From: Amphiscolops sp. MND2022
Taxonomy: Eukaryota
Direction: 5' to 3'
Length of the DNA stretch: 64,000 bases
Assembly: GCA_964187785.1 (NCBI GenBank)
Contig: OZ076409.1
Span: forward strand, 20,400,001-20,464,000
Part shown: positions 1 through 13,564 of the stretch, piece by piece
How the letters are laid out: each line of letters begins with the position of its first letter
Position numbering within the stretch: position 1 is the stretch's first letter
Translations under genes and position numbers: made by a program
Notes under the pieces: model-generated
What the model was told of the DNA's origin: nothing
Seen by the model: only the letters and a program-made list of their open reading frames with translations
Database searches by the model: none

Positions 1-3000
1 GTCAAAAAAAATGTACACGCCTTTGCAACCATATTCATTACTGACTTCATTTCCAGGCAAAACGCTTCAAATTGATTTAGTTGGACCACTCAAGTCTCCA
101 CTTCACAAATACGTGTTGACAACGGTTGATGTTTTTACAAAAAATTTGTTTGCGGTCCCTTGACAAATGTCCGAGCAGACCCAATTGCACGAGAATTGAC
201 GTCAATCTTTTTAAGACATAACTTTTGCCAAAACAATTCTCCCCATTCTTGGCTTTTTAGTCTCTAAATTATTGCATGATATAACACAATTACTTGCAAT
301 TAAGATACAACACGCAAGCTTGAAACACCCAAAAACAGTGGGCGTTGTAGGGGGTTCTCATAGTGCCTCAAGCGCACTGTCAAGCTGAATACCAACGAAC
401 AAAGGAATGATTGGTTCAAATAGGTACATTTGGTAACATTCAACCATAAGACATAATATCATTCTGCGATCCGTTTTAGCCAAACTGTTCTTTTTCATGA
501 CGCGAACCAATCAAACCATTAGACTGGCGCTTTAATGATTCTTTGATCGAACGCTTTTTTCTAACAGCCAGTACGTTTCAGCAATCCAAGAATCGATGAG
601 CAAGAAATTCGGAGGCATGAAACTTGAATTTAACGAAATGTACAACCAATGCAGATCCTATTATGATAGCTAAGCTTAAACCAAACCGTTGGCACCTTTT
701 TCAAATTGTCTCTTATTTATTCCTAAACTCACGAATCAGTCCAAATTTGCCATGAATCGTTACCGATCTGGCTTCTTTCTTTACAGAGTTTGAAAAAATG
801 TCCAATTGAAACTACCTCATTCGAAAGGTTGGAACTAATTATGCCCATCGTTTTAAGAAACGACCTGTAACTCCCCAGAGTAGGATTGATGCCATCCCTT
901 TTATCAAATGCAAAAAAAAATAAATTCGTCCCTAGGCTTTTTTCGAGGAAACCCAGCACTTTTTGATGAAAACCTCCCTTTGTTGTTGGATTCTCCCCCA
1001 ACTGGGCTAACAAAAACAAATGTGGCGAAAGATTATCCATCAGTCACAGTGTGTTTACACTTTCCAGTCGCCCCAGCGCCTGCACCGACTGCAATGGCAG
1101 CTGGCGCCGCTCCTGAGAGTCCTCCTTAGGCAGCGGTCCCTGACTTTATTGTTTTTGGTATACCATACCGTTCTAGAAGTTTTACCTCCTGTTGCTTCGG
1201 GAAGGTCTAGATCTTCGCTACCTCATTGCGATCAAAACTACCACAGTGACAATTCAGATAACTCAACACGTGAAAGTTTTATACACTTCCCTCTTTCTTC
1301 TCCACTTGAACAACCACAGAGGAAATCCTCCAGTGCGGAACTACCCAACACTCATGATCTTCGACCACGACTTCCACCTCGTGATTATCATAAAGAAGCA
1401 GTTCAAAACAAAATATCACCTAAAGTGAGATGCATTCCTGTGAAAGTGCCAGAGTCTTCATTGACTCTTCTGACTCGCCTCGAGAAGCGTGCGGTGATCC
1501 TTGACTCGTGAAATTGCACACGAATGATTCAGTGCACTCCTCATCCTTCCACCATAACAAATCTCTTCACACAATCTCCGCATTTCACACATACTACTCA
1601 ATTCTTGCCAACTGTAAATTTAGAACGACAAAAAGAAGTCAAAAAACGATATTCCCTGGAAAATCTACAAAAAAGACCTTCGAAACAACGTGACGTAAAC
1701 GCAGTCAATGAAACTGGTACCTATCCGGAAATTTGCATTTCTCAGTCCAAGAATTTAACTATTATTACATGCATTGCTCACTGTGTTTCTTCCGAGTTTG
1801 CATAGGGCAAAAACTCAGCTTCTGCAATAGCTTCTTGCTATCCGGCACTTCAAAATCTGCGCAAAATTTCATTAAACACTTTCCACCCGGCTCGTTACTA
1901 ACGTATTTTAACCAACATTTCAACCGACTTCTTTTTAATTTATTCACAAAATGACTGTAATTTATAAATCTACTTACAGAATGCTCGAGCCTTCAGGTCT
2001 TGAAGCAGCATTTAACAGGTCTTAATATTCAAGAACTTGCAATTGCTAAACTAACTTGTGGATATGACCAGTTACATTGGCCTACAGTTTTTTCAACTTT
2101 ATTCAACGTTTTCTCGGGATCCAACTTTTCCATAACAATATTTCAGCCTACACGATAGCCTAGTGCGCCCGAACAATAGTCAAAACCCCCACAGCAACAA
2201 GCTTTCGTTTTTTCCATCGAATCCAAATTTCTGTAGAACTTCCTCAAAGGGAGCGCAATTTTTTCCAAAATTTCAAACATGATCTGGGTTTCGAATTTCT
2301 TTTTATTGACCCCTCACTTTCCATTTTTTTGAGAAGAAAGGGTCACGAATTCAAAATCTACAACCAACAAAAGTTGCCCGACCTTCCTAATGACCTCTTT
2401 ATCTTATTCATTTTCCTTGGGGCTTTCGCTAGTTGAAGCGCAACTTTTCCATATAAATTCTTTTCAAGTTACGTTTCAATTCAAAATCTCTCGGTAAACC
2501 TGGAATGTTTCAAACAGTTTTGTTCATTCAAGCGTGCAATGGAATGTTTGTTCATACCTCCCTACTTGACTTTCTCTTCCGGTCCAAAAAACAAATGAAA
2601 ATCTCTTCTCCATAACAACTTTTACTTTTTCTTCCTCTCGCATTGCCCGTACATTCAATGTTTTCTCTTTTTTTTCTTTTTGAAAACCCAGACGGCCCCG
2701 CTTGCTTTTCCCTCAGGGTTGCACACAAGCAGTTTTTCGATGCAATTGGTCGAATAGGTCAGCCAAATCGCTCGACCCCATTTTATTCAAACCTTGGCTC
2801 TCTTCAGTACGTTTTTCATTAGAAAGTGCTTTGAGAGCTTTCAATGTTCCGGTCGTCACTCCAAAACAATATTAATTTGTCACTTCTCGTATTCGTTTTT
2901 CATCGGTGGGTTTTTATGCTTCGCAGACTGTAACAATTGCCGGCCCCTTACTTAGAGTCAATACTGAATGAGCGCAGAGGGCAGGCTGAACAAAAAAACT

Positions 3001-5256
3001 TTTAGTCTCAGATATCTAAATATATCTTTGCTTTATACTTTTCCGGTAGCCCACGCTCCTCCAAATTATTCAATTCATTCGCATATCGTGTGTGCATAGT
3101 AAGGTACGTGGCCGCAGCCCCACGCTCAGAATATCACAAACATTTGTTCACCGATTAAAACATGAGCAACTGATTCATCTCCCCAATTTCAATATGAACC
3201 TCAGTAAACCACCTACCCCGAATAAGGATTGCATTTGTTCTTGTAATTCCAAATATACTGGGTATATCCTGTCAGTAAACTTTGACATCTCCAATGACCA
3301 TTCTTTGGACGTTTTAGAGGTTGAGTTCAATCAGGTCAATACTTTACTAACAACGGTTTTCTGTTGTTTCTTCAGCCAATCTTTCAAGGCTCCGTCTGAC
3401 TTAAAAGGAAACTTTTTTCCAAAATGATATGCTCTTAATTTATTATTTCTACAGGCGAATCGTTTTTAACGCTGAAAACATTTTTGTCACTAAAATAGGG
3501 TTTCTTTCGATCAGATTCTTTGACGATAAACTTGTTCCATCTTTTCGCCACACTGGTTTCCGGCCCATTTTTCCCCATTCCACGTCGAGTGAAATTTTTT
3601 CCCTAAATTGACAAAATTGCTGCTAAATGGTTCCACGTTTCCTTCGAGCAACCGCATTCAATATCACTTTCTTGTCGTTTGAAATTTGAAAAAAAATATC
3701 CTGTGACCTCTATTTGTTTACTTCATTTTCGACCAATTATTCATCATGCAAGGATCCTAAATGTCATGTTAACACCAAATTTGACTTTTGGCATTGAGAA
3801 ACAGCTTTTCCAACATTGCAGCTTGCCATCTGTTTTTGTTAAACGCTTTCAAAATGGTCAAAGAGCCAAATGCTTGCAATCATGGAATTTGCCGTCCTTT
3901 ATCAATGGACATCGCCGAAAACAAAACGTATTGAGTCATTCGTACTCGCTATGGAAAACACGCATAAAATTTTTGACGTAACATGATGGCGATTCACTGG
4001 TTTTGGATCACGGAGCTCCGCATTGGTGCGAACTTTTGCTACACATTAGCTATCGCACCTTCCACATCCCGCGCTTGCATGGAATACGAGGTATGGTCAA
4101 ATTTATTAAGCTCAAGAAACACATCAGCGTTGCATTTGCTGAACATTGAAATTTTTCTCATGTTTCTAGTAGTTTCACGAAACTCATTCTGCGACTTGTT
4201 CCTAACTTCCTAGCAGATTTAGCATTTGCTTATCAAGTTCGCTCAATTCAAAACACCATCAAACATTCGATGTTTTTCTTTCAGTCGCAGCAAAACCTGC
4301 TTCTCAAGACGTTCTCATAATTCCTTCTATTACTCGTTCTGTTTTCACCATTTTCAACACCTCTAGCTAATTTTTTTACAGGACTGTCGTTTTGTTTGCT
4401 TTTCATTCAATTGTACGTTTTCTAACAAACTAGGATCGAAAAGCAAAAACACCAACAAAATGCAAGTTTTCTCACAGCAGCAAAAAAGCAAACGTTCATT
4501 TCCAGTTCACTTTTTTATAGTGCCTGTTCCACGTTGCTGCTCTGATCTTTTCTTTTGACCCTACCAGTAAAAACGAATAAATTGGTAGCCGATACACGCG
4601 GCCAAGTAGTAGCAGTAACAACATTGACAAAAAATTGCGCCGACAGTAAATAGTGCGAGACTGACAATTGACATTGCGTTTTCCGCTGTTTCAAACATTG
4701 CCATGCCACAAACAAGGGGTTTCTCCTTGCTCCAAGTCAGAACACTTTTTGCACGGAAAACTGTGCTGTTTTTTCAGCACAGAATCACATGCTCTATCCA
4801 TAACTTTTCTTCGCAAGAACAATCATATAACTTTGCGCACACAACAATCATGGCAATTATGCACATAAATTTCATTTTCTGCTGGGGGACTCGAATTATG
4901 TTTGCTCCAGTTTAAACTAAAAACATACTCTTCAAAATCTCGCACACAGGTCAGCAACCGTTTCCATGTTTAAAGCCGCTTTGCTTTGGCCAAAACCTTT
5001 GTTGTCTTCTTTATGAACGTTCGGGTTGGATTTTCATAAATCAACATCACCTTTTCAAACAACTGCGCTCATCTGGTTGCAATTTAACTGTTTGTTTGTT
5101 CCAATAATTACATCTGCGAACTTTGGTACAGGCGTAGATCAATTGAATTCAAAGATAAATTGATGCCCGCATCTTTTCGCTGCCAATTTTGCTACGTTTC
5201 GCCCCGCGTTAAGAGGCGAAAACATTCTTAGTTCTCCATTGATAACACCTGACGAC

Positions 5257-7530
5257 ATGCTTTTGCTTCTTTTTCCTTTTCCTTTCACTCCTGCTTCTGT
5301 TCGAAGCGAATGGGCCTCTAATATCGAAGCCGCTACCAATCCTGACGACCTTATCGAAAATGGGATTCTTTCTTAGGGATTCAGTAAGATTTTGCTAGAT
5401 TTTGTTAGCGTTGAATTTCTAGTGCCATTTCCCACTCACAACTTTACTTTGAAACCCGATTTTGAGAAAATGATCTATCAACTTTCAATACTGTGGGAGA
5501 CACCTTTGTCTCCCTTGCTCGTTGATTTTTGCCGCCACTTTGCTACGAAGACATCGGGATTGAATGTTGATAGGCTGTTAAACCAAATTGATCATGAACT
5601 TTCTGCTGCGCACCAAGATCTCGCGCTTATTATAACGAAACGACAAGGTTTTTAATGCCTCTATAGCCTCCTAAGCCTACTCGCCAACGACGTGCTCGCA
5701 AGTGTGACATGCTGCGCTTACTGCTGTTGCATTTTTTGGTGGAGGACTCGCCTTAGGTAGTTCATATTGGTGTGGTTTGTGTGTTTTTTTTTAAAATTGT
5801 CAAGATCAATCTAAGGCCAACGCCGAAAATATACGTCCCTATCTGATTTTCTAAATTTTCTTACTGATTACGTCACGAATTTCACAACACATACTGACGA
5901 AAAATTGTTTCTTGTTAAAAATGAACTAGCAGCTCTCAATGCTGTTCAACCCAATTTGGCCACAACTCAAGATTGAAATTGGGTAACTATTCAAGAGCCA
6001 TTGGCTATTTACGAACAGGCCATTGGCTAATTTACGAATTTTCATATTTTACGCAACTGCGACCAACTTCTCTTCACTAATCAACAACTAAACATCAATT
6101 TTGATACTATTTCTTCACTTTTTGCCATGATTCGTGGTGGTGTAAGAAACTATCGTTCAGCTCGGTTGCTCTTTGCATGAACATACTCAATTCCATTCCG
6201 GTTTTGTTAAAGGACACTTATCGATGTCACTTATTCCAATGGAATCGTGTTGTCATCATGGATATTAATAACCTTCTGCAATCTAAAGCTGACGACCGTC
6301 TGGCTCTCGCAATTCCAGCCAGCGACCAACTAACCTATTATGATTCTCGTATGCTAGCTGATGCTATCACGGTACCAGAAGGTATCTTGATGAATCTCAA
6401 TACACCGCTTGCATCACAGCAAACTGTTTTTACTCTTTTTGAAACAAAGCTCATAGCTATGCCCTTACCGGACGACCCTCAGACGGCGCTAACTTGGATC
6501 ATTGAAGCTCCTTATTTAGCTCTTCCTGAGAAAGAACTCATATCGTCCCTCTTATCTGTGCAATAATTCGAGCACTGTCTCGACTCGTCGAAGTACCGAT
6601 TTTGCTCCGAAGCGTTCTTGACGCAGATAGGACATCCTTCATGCATTGGCATGCTGTATTTGTTTGGCCCTATTGATGCTTTAGCTGTTTGTAAAACTAT
6701 TGCTATTCCTCTACCTAGTGTTGAACAAGCTACTAACTCAGGATTTGGCATATGGCTCATTACATCGACCACCGCTGATTTCACTTTTCGCAAATCTTCA
6801 TCACTGGCTACATCTTCCTGCTATAAATCATTTAAAGGTTGTCATATTTGCAAAATCACACTAGTTTGTGGCATGCAAATTCATACAGTACTCATCATCA
6901 TACAATCTGATGTTACATCATGTTAATCAATTCCGGTCAAAGAGTTGAGATTATCATTGACAGATCCGCTTGAATCATTAATCGTGGAAGTCCCCCGTCT
7001 TGACGATCTATCGCTATAAACCTCGAAAGCAGAAGCAAGGGTGACTCTTTTGAAAGAAGTACGAAAAAGCTGATAAGCAGCCCAAGATTCCGCCAAGTCA
7101 ATCAATTGATGGAAATACCACGTCTGTTTTCTCAGGACTTTAAACGTTTGAAACCCTCACTAACCGGAAGTTTAATCGATATGTTCCATTCAAGGTGTCT
7201 CCCTTCTTGGTACTGAGGGTTTTGATAGTTTCAACAGTGCTACATCTCGCCTTCATGTATGTTTATCACTAGCGGATCGTATCTTTTCAAAATCATTCAC
7301 GAAACACAATGTCAAACTGGTACTCAGTAAAAAATGAACTTCCAATACAGGTGCGTGACAAACTGTCTCAACGCTATGAAGTAAATGATCAAAAAATTGA
7401 CAAGTCATATGAGAATTCGTACCAACTTCCTAGAGCGTTATCTGTAGCAGAATTTTCCCAACAATCAGCAGAATCATCCCCATTGACTGAGGACACAACA
7501 GAAATGACAGTTGTTTCTATCTTGCACTAA
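5257..7530 (+). pseudogene. Frameshifted env-like class I fusion glycoprotein pseudogene
   Basis: Hydrophobic N-terminus MLLLLFPFPF; basic cleavage site RQRR (5682-5693); hydrophobic Gly/Ala peptide AALTAVAFFGGGLALGS (5711-5761); heptad-like helix (EKLFLVKNELAALNAVQ); Cys-rich region (~6570-6920); hydrophobic TM-like stretch (~7185-7268); short tail. Multiple stops and frameshifts. Confidence 0.65.
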
Positions 7531-7951
7531 CTGTGCGTCACAAAGGTCATCATTATCAGAAGGTGGATCAAACTTTCAATGAGACACAAACATGAGTCCA
7601 CAAACTGTTTGACTTGACGTGTCATTCATCATAAATTTTAATAAAAAAATTTCAGCTTTCAAATAATTAGCTGTTACATGTAGAATACAAATGTACTTTT
7701 ATGGCTCAAAGCACAATACGACCAACAACTACTTGGGACTGGCACAACACTAAATCACAACACCATCGCGTGCGGGCATTTAGCCACCTTGTACTGGAAT
7801 TTTGATGCTATTTTTAATTCTTAGGTTCATTCTGCCTTTCTCTACCGACTTAATTTTGGTGTTTCAGTCCATTCAAAACTTCAATGGCGCTTGACTCCTC
7901 CAACTAGATGATGGCTCTTTTTGCATGCTGGAAGTGTTTGAAGGGAGGAAA

Positions 7952-8707
7952 TGCCATGTACTGAAATAAAACGCCTTAGTTGAGGACAGATAAACTTGAT
8001 CCCTGAACTCAAAATACATTGCCATTAAAAGAAGATTACTTAACATGATTCATGAACTCTCAATAATTGGCCATTTAAATCAGATTACTTCGCCATTTAA
8101 ACTATTTAAAACTCACTCCTAAACTATCCGACCCTTAAACTTTTTGCCCTTATTATCTACAGTAAAATTGAAAAAATTATGATCATGAAATGACAAAGTC
8201 ATAAGAATAGTAAGTAAATAGTTGCATGGTTCGTTTTATAACTAACCAGGAATCAGGATTGTAACCCTAGCTCCGAAGTTTCTGTCCGCTCAGCCATCGC
8301 CAGTAGATCCTCAGGAAAAACAATACTGTAAGAAAAAAGGTCGTAGGACTTGGCGACAGCAGTGGGAGACATCACCCAACTGAACAAAAACCCAAATGAA
8401 CAATTAACTGACCATTTCCAACGTCGGTTCTCAGCGCAGAGCAAAACACCTGATGCGAGGCGGATGAGAAGCTTCGGAACTTATTTCATGGTTGTTGGTA
8501 CGATCCATCACCGTAAGTGCCAAAGTGCCAATCAGGTTGTCTTTATACATTGCCTCGCCCTGACATCTCTTCGAAGTCACTCCCACAACTTGAGATTAAC
8601 CTCCCTGCGGATTTTACTCAAATCAAACTTCAGTAGTCCACAGTCAAAATCGTTTCACGGATTGCAGGTTCGAATCTTTGAAAATGTCCACTCCTGTCAC
8701 CATGTCA
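7952..8707 (+). repeat. Putative 3' LTR
   Basis: Begins TGCCATG immediately after the purine tract and ends CATGTCA (6/7 inverted match, TG...CA). No second LTR is in the window to confirm the boundaries. Confidence 0.5.
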
Positions 8708-9041
8708 TAGTGTCGAGCGGTTAGGCAAAAGCAGTTGAAATAAGATTTTATTTTATGCTACTGGTGTTAGCGAGTAGCTTTCGATACAGTGAAGGCTATC
8801 AACAAATCTCAGTCAAAACAACTTATCAAACAACACGTTTCCATATACGGTATCTTTTGTGCTGGTTAAATTTTCAAATTCAGTGTGATTTAAAAACCTC
8901 AAGGACATTACACCAATGGTACTGATGATTAGCCCGTGTAATTCTGACCACATAAACGCAGTTGTATTTTGATACTTTCTGAACAAGTCTGATATTAAAG
9001 ACACGGGAAAAGCTAAACTTGTTGGTTGTGCAGCTGGAAAC

Positions 9042-9385
9042 AGGTCAGGGACATTTCGTCACCAACCATTTGGGCGACAATATGGCGTCGGTCACATGGG
9101 CGACGAAAGTGTCGACCAAATGGGGTGATCAAATTGATCAATTAACTGATATATTTGAAGAGGTTAGCATGTTTGTTGTATGGCTCGGTCGCTTTGCTCC
9201 CTTCGCCAAGTAGCAACATTGAGGCATGGCCATATGGCACGTCGCTCCGCTTGGCTTCGCTCCTGCATTTATGGCACTAGGGGTATGTGAACATATTTGA
9301 CGGGACATTTGGGCGACATTATTGTCCCTGAAATGGGCTGAAACTTTTGTCGCCCAAATGGCTGGTGACGAAACGTCCCTGCCCC
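9042..9385. mobile_element. MITE (TIR family A) carrying core cassette 1
   Basis: TIRs AGGTCAGGGACATTTCGTCACCAACCATTTGGGCGACAA / TTGTCGCCCAAATGGCTGGTGACGAAACGTCCCTGCCCC; 8-bp TSD CTGGAAAC/CTAGAAAC; core 1 at 9175-9297. Confidence 0.8.
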
Positions 9386-9896
9386 CTAGAAACGATAGCT
9401 ATTCGGTGACCAGCTCCGCGTTTACTGACGATAACCGGTTGAGATCTTCCTCCTGAAGCGGATTCTTCGATTATTCCATTTTCAAAAAAGATTCTACAGG
9501 TTCTTTTAATAATTGCTGATCGGCGTTCGAATAACGCCTAATGGGACACCTCTTTTGTTACGCGTTGTCGGTGAGATCAATTATTGGAGTTGGTGCAGTT
9601 TCGAGCTGACTATCTTTCAGCTGTCTGTCGATACAATCAGAAAAATCGCTAACAATTGACGTAACGTTTGAGCTTGTTGGTCGAACAGACAAAACTAAAG
9701 GCGCGACCTCCCCTCCAGTTTTTGAAGTGACTTCGCTAAAATGCATCAGTGAGTCGAGCCCAAATAGAGCGTCGAACTCGAGATTTGAAATAACGCGTTA
9801 TTCTACATTAAACGTGTGGCCTCGCAAAGTCAAGCGACACCAGCGGCGCCAAACTTCTTTCAGCATTGTCCCGGTAATTCATTGCAATGAATCTGC

Positions 9897-11485
9897 TGTC
9901 AAAGTTTGCCATCCGCCTCGCAAGGAGGGAAGGATCGAATGATGAGCCCGGACCCCTAAGGTTCAAGTACCTGCCAGATGACATCGCACACACAATTTTT
10001 GATGCCGCACATTGATGTACCTGTTTGTGCGATACAACAGACAACTCTTGATACCGCACATGTTTTGTTGAGTGACAGGTACCTGTCGCGGTGCTATATA
10101 TACCCGATGCTGAACCACTTCTACCATCAATTGCAAATATAAATTTTTAAACCAAGTCTGATCATAACTAATCAATCTCAATTCTGTTCTTCATTCCTAC
10201 CGAACTTCTTTTAAAAGGTTATGGGCCCAGCAGCTTCCCAGGCGACGCCATCTACCTAGCTGATCACAGCCGCACCAGCGCAGATCACGATGACGGCACC
10301 ACGACACTCTCGACAAGAGAAGCTGCTGTTTAGTGGACGAGAGGATGACTTCCCCACTTTTCTGGAGCAATTCGAAGCAAGAGTTTATGCCCTGGGACTT
10401 TCTGACTGCCTTCTGGACAGAATCAAAACAACACCTCTGCACCTTGGCCTCAGACGGGGCTCTCGAGTTCAAATCAAAGCAGTTCAGTGACTTGTGCACA
10501 TCCAATGGCATCAAACAGGAGTTCGCTGCTCCCTACACACCCGAAGAAAACGGCAAAATTGATCGAGCATGGGGCACTGTGACTGGCATGACGCGATGCA
10601 TGATGGCAACTGCAGGGGTCCCAAAGCAGTTCTGGCCTTTTGCTCTTTCAACTGCGATCTACCTGAAGAAACGATCAATCCACCCGGCGCATGGCAAGAC
10701 CCCTTTTGAGATGTTTCACGGAAGCAAGTCTGACCTTTCACATCTTCACGTGTTTGGGTGCCATTCGTGTGTGCTCAACAAAGTCAGGAAGCAACTGGAC
10801 AGCAAGGCACGGGAAGCTATTTTACTGGGATACTCGGGAAATTCTATTCCATATGTGGTTGCCTCAACAGATGGACCAGACACAAGGGCACCAAAGGTCT
10901 GGATATAACGAAACGTCAACTTCAACGACGATGCATTTCCTTACCAACGTGGTTCTGCAGTCACCCAACGGGAGAGCGAGGACAATGATGCATCTGAATT
11001 GGATGTTGATGATCTCAAACCCGTGTCATATGAACAATGCGAGGCTACTTTTACGGAAACCCATGCAATCCAGAGCGAATCAGAAGATAACACCAATCCA
11101 GATGAAGGGACACCCAATGTTACAGACATTACAACAGCAGTGCAGCAGACGACAACCAGATGTTCGGGAAGGACTCGAAGCGCGCCTCAACCTATGTGAC
11201 GGGGAGAGAATTGGAGAAACTGGCACTTCACTGTGATGCTTTGATTTCAAGCGGCCTTCCAAGCAATACAGCAGACGCCCTGGCGGATCCCAACTGGAAA
11301 GCAGCGATGGACAGAGAGTTCAAATCACTGGAAGAAAATGTTGTCTGGGAGCTAGTCAAGCCACCATCAGGTCAAGGCATCATCAGCGGTAAGTGGCATT
11401 TTGCTCATAAATTAGATGACGAAGGAAACGTGGTAAAGTACAAGGCGCGATTCGTGTCACGGGGGTTCACTCAGAGGCCAGGCAG
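9897..11485 (+). mobile_element. Ty1/Copia LTR retrotransposon, internally deleted and 3'-truncated
   Basis: ~320 bp LTR (9897-10216, matches 48742-49061 inverted); copia-type PBS GGTTATGGGCCCAG at 10217-10230; gag start (MTAPRHSRQEKLLFSG) fused to integrase core (APYTPEENGKIDR, FWPFA, HLHVFGC); start of RT (WKAAMDREFKSLEEN...YKARFVSRGF). Confidence 0.9.
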
Positions 11486-11678
11486 GTCGTTCTTACCGCG
11501 TTAATTACAACTCGGTTGCTGTTTTCGTTGAACGAAGTCGTTCTTCGATTAACTCTTATAACCCTGCAATCCTCACCTGCCTTCCTTCAGTGTCAATTCT
11601 ATTTATACTATTTACTTTGTTCTGGAATCAATGATAGAAAGCCATTTGTACTGCCACATCCCGAAGGTTAATTGATTA

Positions 11679-11707
11679 TCTTCTTCTTCTTCTTCTTCTT
11701 CTTCTTC
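11679..11707. repeat. (TCT)n microsatellite
   Basis: About 9-10 tandem TCT units read directly. Confidence 0.9.
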
Positions 11708-11719
11708 GGGCTACGCTTG

Positions 11720-13540
11720 TCCTTGTAACCAGGATGTTTGACGCCCGAAGTAGTTGCAGTATCCAAGTCGAACGTTCCTGTCATTTTGCCTTATTACGAT
11801 GCACTCCAGTCCACCTTTTTGCTTTATTTGTAACGTTTTCCAATGTCACGCTTTCATCCATCAATAATAATTTTTGGCATATTTTTGGATCACGAAAACC
11901 AGAGATTAATTGCTGTTATATCTCATTATCTACTGTTGTAACAAAATTGCTCTCATTTCCGGCAGGTTTCAACGTTGCAACAAATTGTTGAATGTTTTGA
12001 CCAGGATCCTGTTTTAACTTACGGAAATTGTGAACCGCAAATGTCTTCGAAAACCGTTCACCAAAGTTTTTATCCAGAGCATTCAGTGCCTTGGCATATA
12101 TTTCGATTTCATGCAAAGTTGCAGAATCTTCTTCAAACACTCTGGGATTTGAATTAGCAAGCAGAATAGCACGTTTCTCATCCTCGGCCAAAGCTTTATA
12201 GTTCGAGGTTGTCATATATTTCGTAAACAATGACCTCCAATACTTCTATTTGATAGTTTTGTCTTCGTGATCGAAAGATGGAGAAGGTTTGATATGATGG
12301 TTCAAATGAGGCGCGGATGTTGACATCGTCAAACAGACGGGAGGTTGTTACTATTAAAATAGACTTTTAATTGACTTTTTTTTAAAAAAAGACAACATAG
12401 AAAGGACGATAGAAGAATTACGTGAAACCCAGACGGACGACGAGAGGTACGTCATGGCCCTCACATCCGAAAAAGGAGCCTCAAATTGGCTTGCTGCACT
12501 CCCCCTCCAACGGTACGGCTTTAACCTCACGAAAACAGAATTTAAGGATGGCCTGGCATTGAGGTATGGATGGCAGCCCAAAAACCTTCTTCCGTCTGTC
12601 CATGTGGAGAACCCTTCACAGTCGCCCATTCACTACACTGTGCCAAGGGAGGGTATACCCACATTCGTCACAATGAGATCCGTGACACCTTTGCAAACAT
12701 CATGAAAAAAGTCTGCTACGATGTCGAGCTCGAACCAAAGCTTCAGCCGTTAGAAGGCGAGTCCTTCGACAAAAAAACACAACGACTGATGACGAGGCCC
12801 GACTTGACATCAAAGCCAACGGGCTGTGGGAGACCAGATTCAGTAGGACCTATTTCGATGTGAAAATTTTCAACCCGCTAGCAAAATCGTGTCCCAAAAA
12901 CATCCCAGACGCCTACAGCTACCACGAAACGCTTAAGAAAAGCAAATATGAACAACGCATCTGTAATGTCAAAAACAGTTCTTTCAACCCGCTAGTCTTT
13001 GCCTGCACCGGAGGCGCCGGTCCATCAGCATCCAAAGTGATGTCTCGCCTCGCATCTAAGATAAGCGAAAAGAGCCTCGGAAGCTACGCAGAGACCATGA
13101 ATTACATCAGAACTAAGGTCAGCTTCGCGTTGCTTCGAAGCTCCATTCTCTGCCTGCGCAGATGCAGGGCTCTACGCCGTAGTCACCCTATTGAAGAATC
13201 ATGAATAAACGCAATCGTGCAAGAGGGTAGGTTGTCCTAGATACATGACAATCCGTTTTTGGTGCTTCATTTGAAAGAGCGTTTCGGTGCTTCATCTGAC
13301 AATCCTTTTTTGGTGCTTCATTTTCTTATCCCCCGTGATCATCCAATAAGCATGCAATTAGTTTTTTTATTCAATGATTTTTTTAATATCATCAATAATT
13401 TATAGCGTACTTTTAATGATTGTAATACTTGTTTTTTAATATTAAAATAGACTTTGATGCTTCATCACCTTGAATATTTGCCAGTATCCAGCTGATATCC
13501 CAATTTATTGTAATCCTGCTGACTGCGCCAATTGTCACAA
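11720..13540 (-). mobile_element. Gypsy-type gag/PBS remnant, interrupted by a CRE-type insertion
   Basis: ORF 11916-12230 resembles retrotransposon gag (FAVHNFRKLKQDPGQNIQQFVATLK). On the minus strand, ...TGTGACA-AT-TGGCGCAGTC at 13521-13539 looks like an LTR end plus PBS. Confidence 0.5.
12368..13439 (+). mobile_element. 5'-truncated CRE-clade (RLE-type) non-LTR retrotransposon
   Basis: Frameshifted C-terminus: GASNWLAALP...LALRYG, Zn knuckle CPCG..HSLHC, RHNEIRD, and RLE motif ARLDIKANG..YFDVK. 16-bp TSD TATTAAAATAGACTTT at 12352-12367 and 13440-13455. Confidence 0.8.
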
Positions 13541-13564
13541 GCCTCTAGTTAAAACATGAATTTT

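Larger units (their letters stand above)
1..8707 (+). mobile_element. Heavily decayed Ty3/Gypsy-type LTR retroelement with env-like gene (5' end outside the window or unrecognisable)
   Basis: Fragmentary pol motifs in RNaseH-then-integrase order: VFTD-like at ~3140, FGIEK zinc-finger-like at ~3788, LVLDHGAP catalytic-D-like at ~3997. These are followed by an env-like region (5257-7530), a polypurine tract GAAGGGAGGAAA (7940-7951) and an LTR-like block. The left boundary is arbitrary. Confidence 0.6.
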
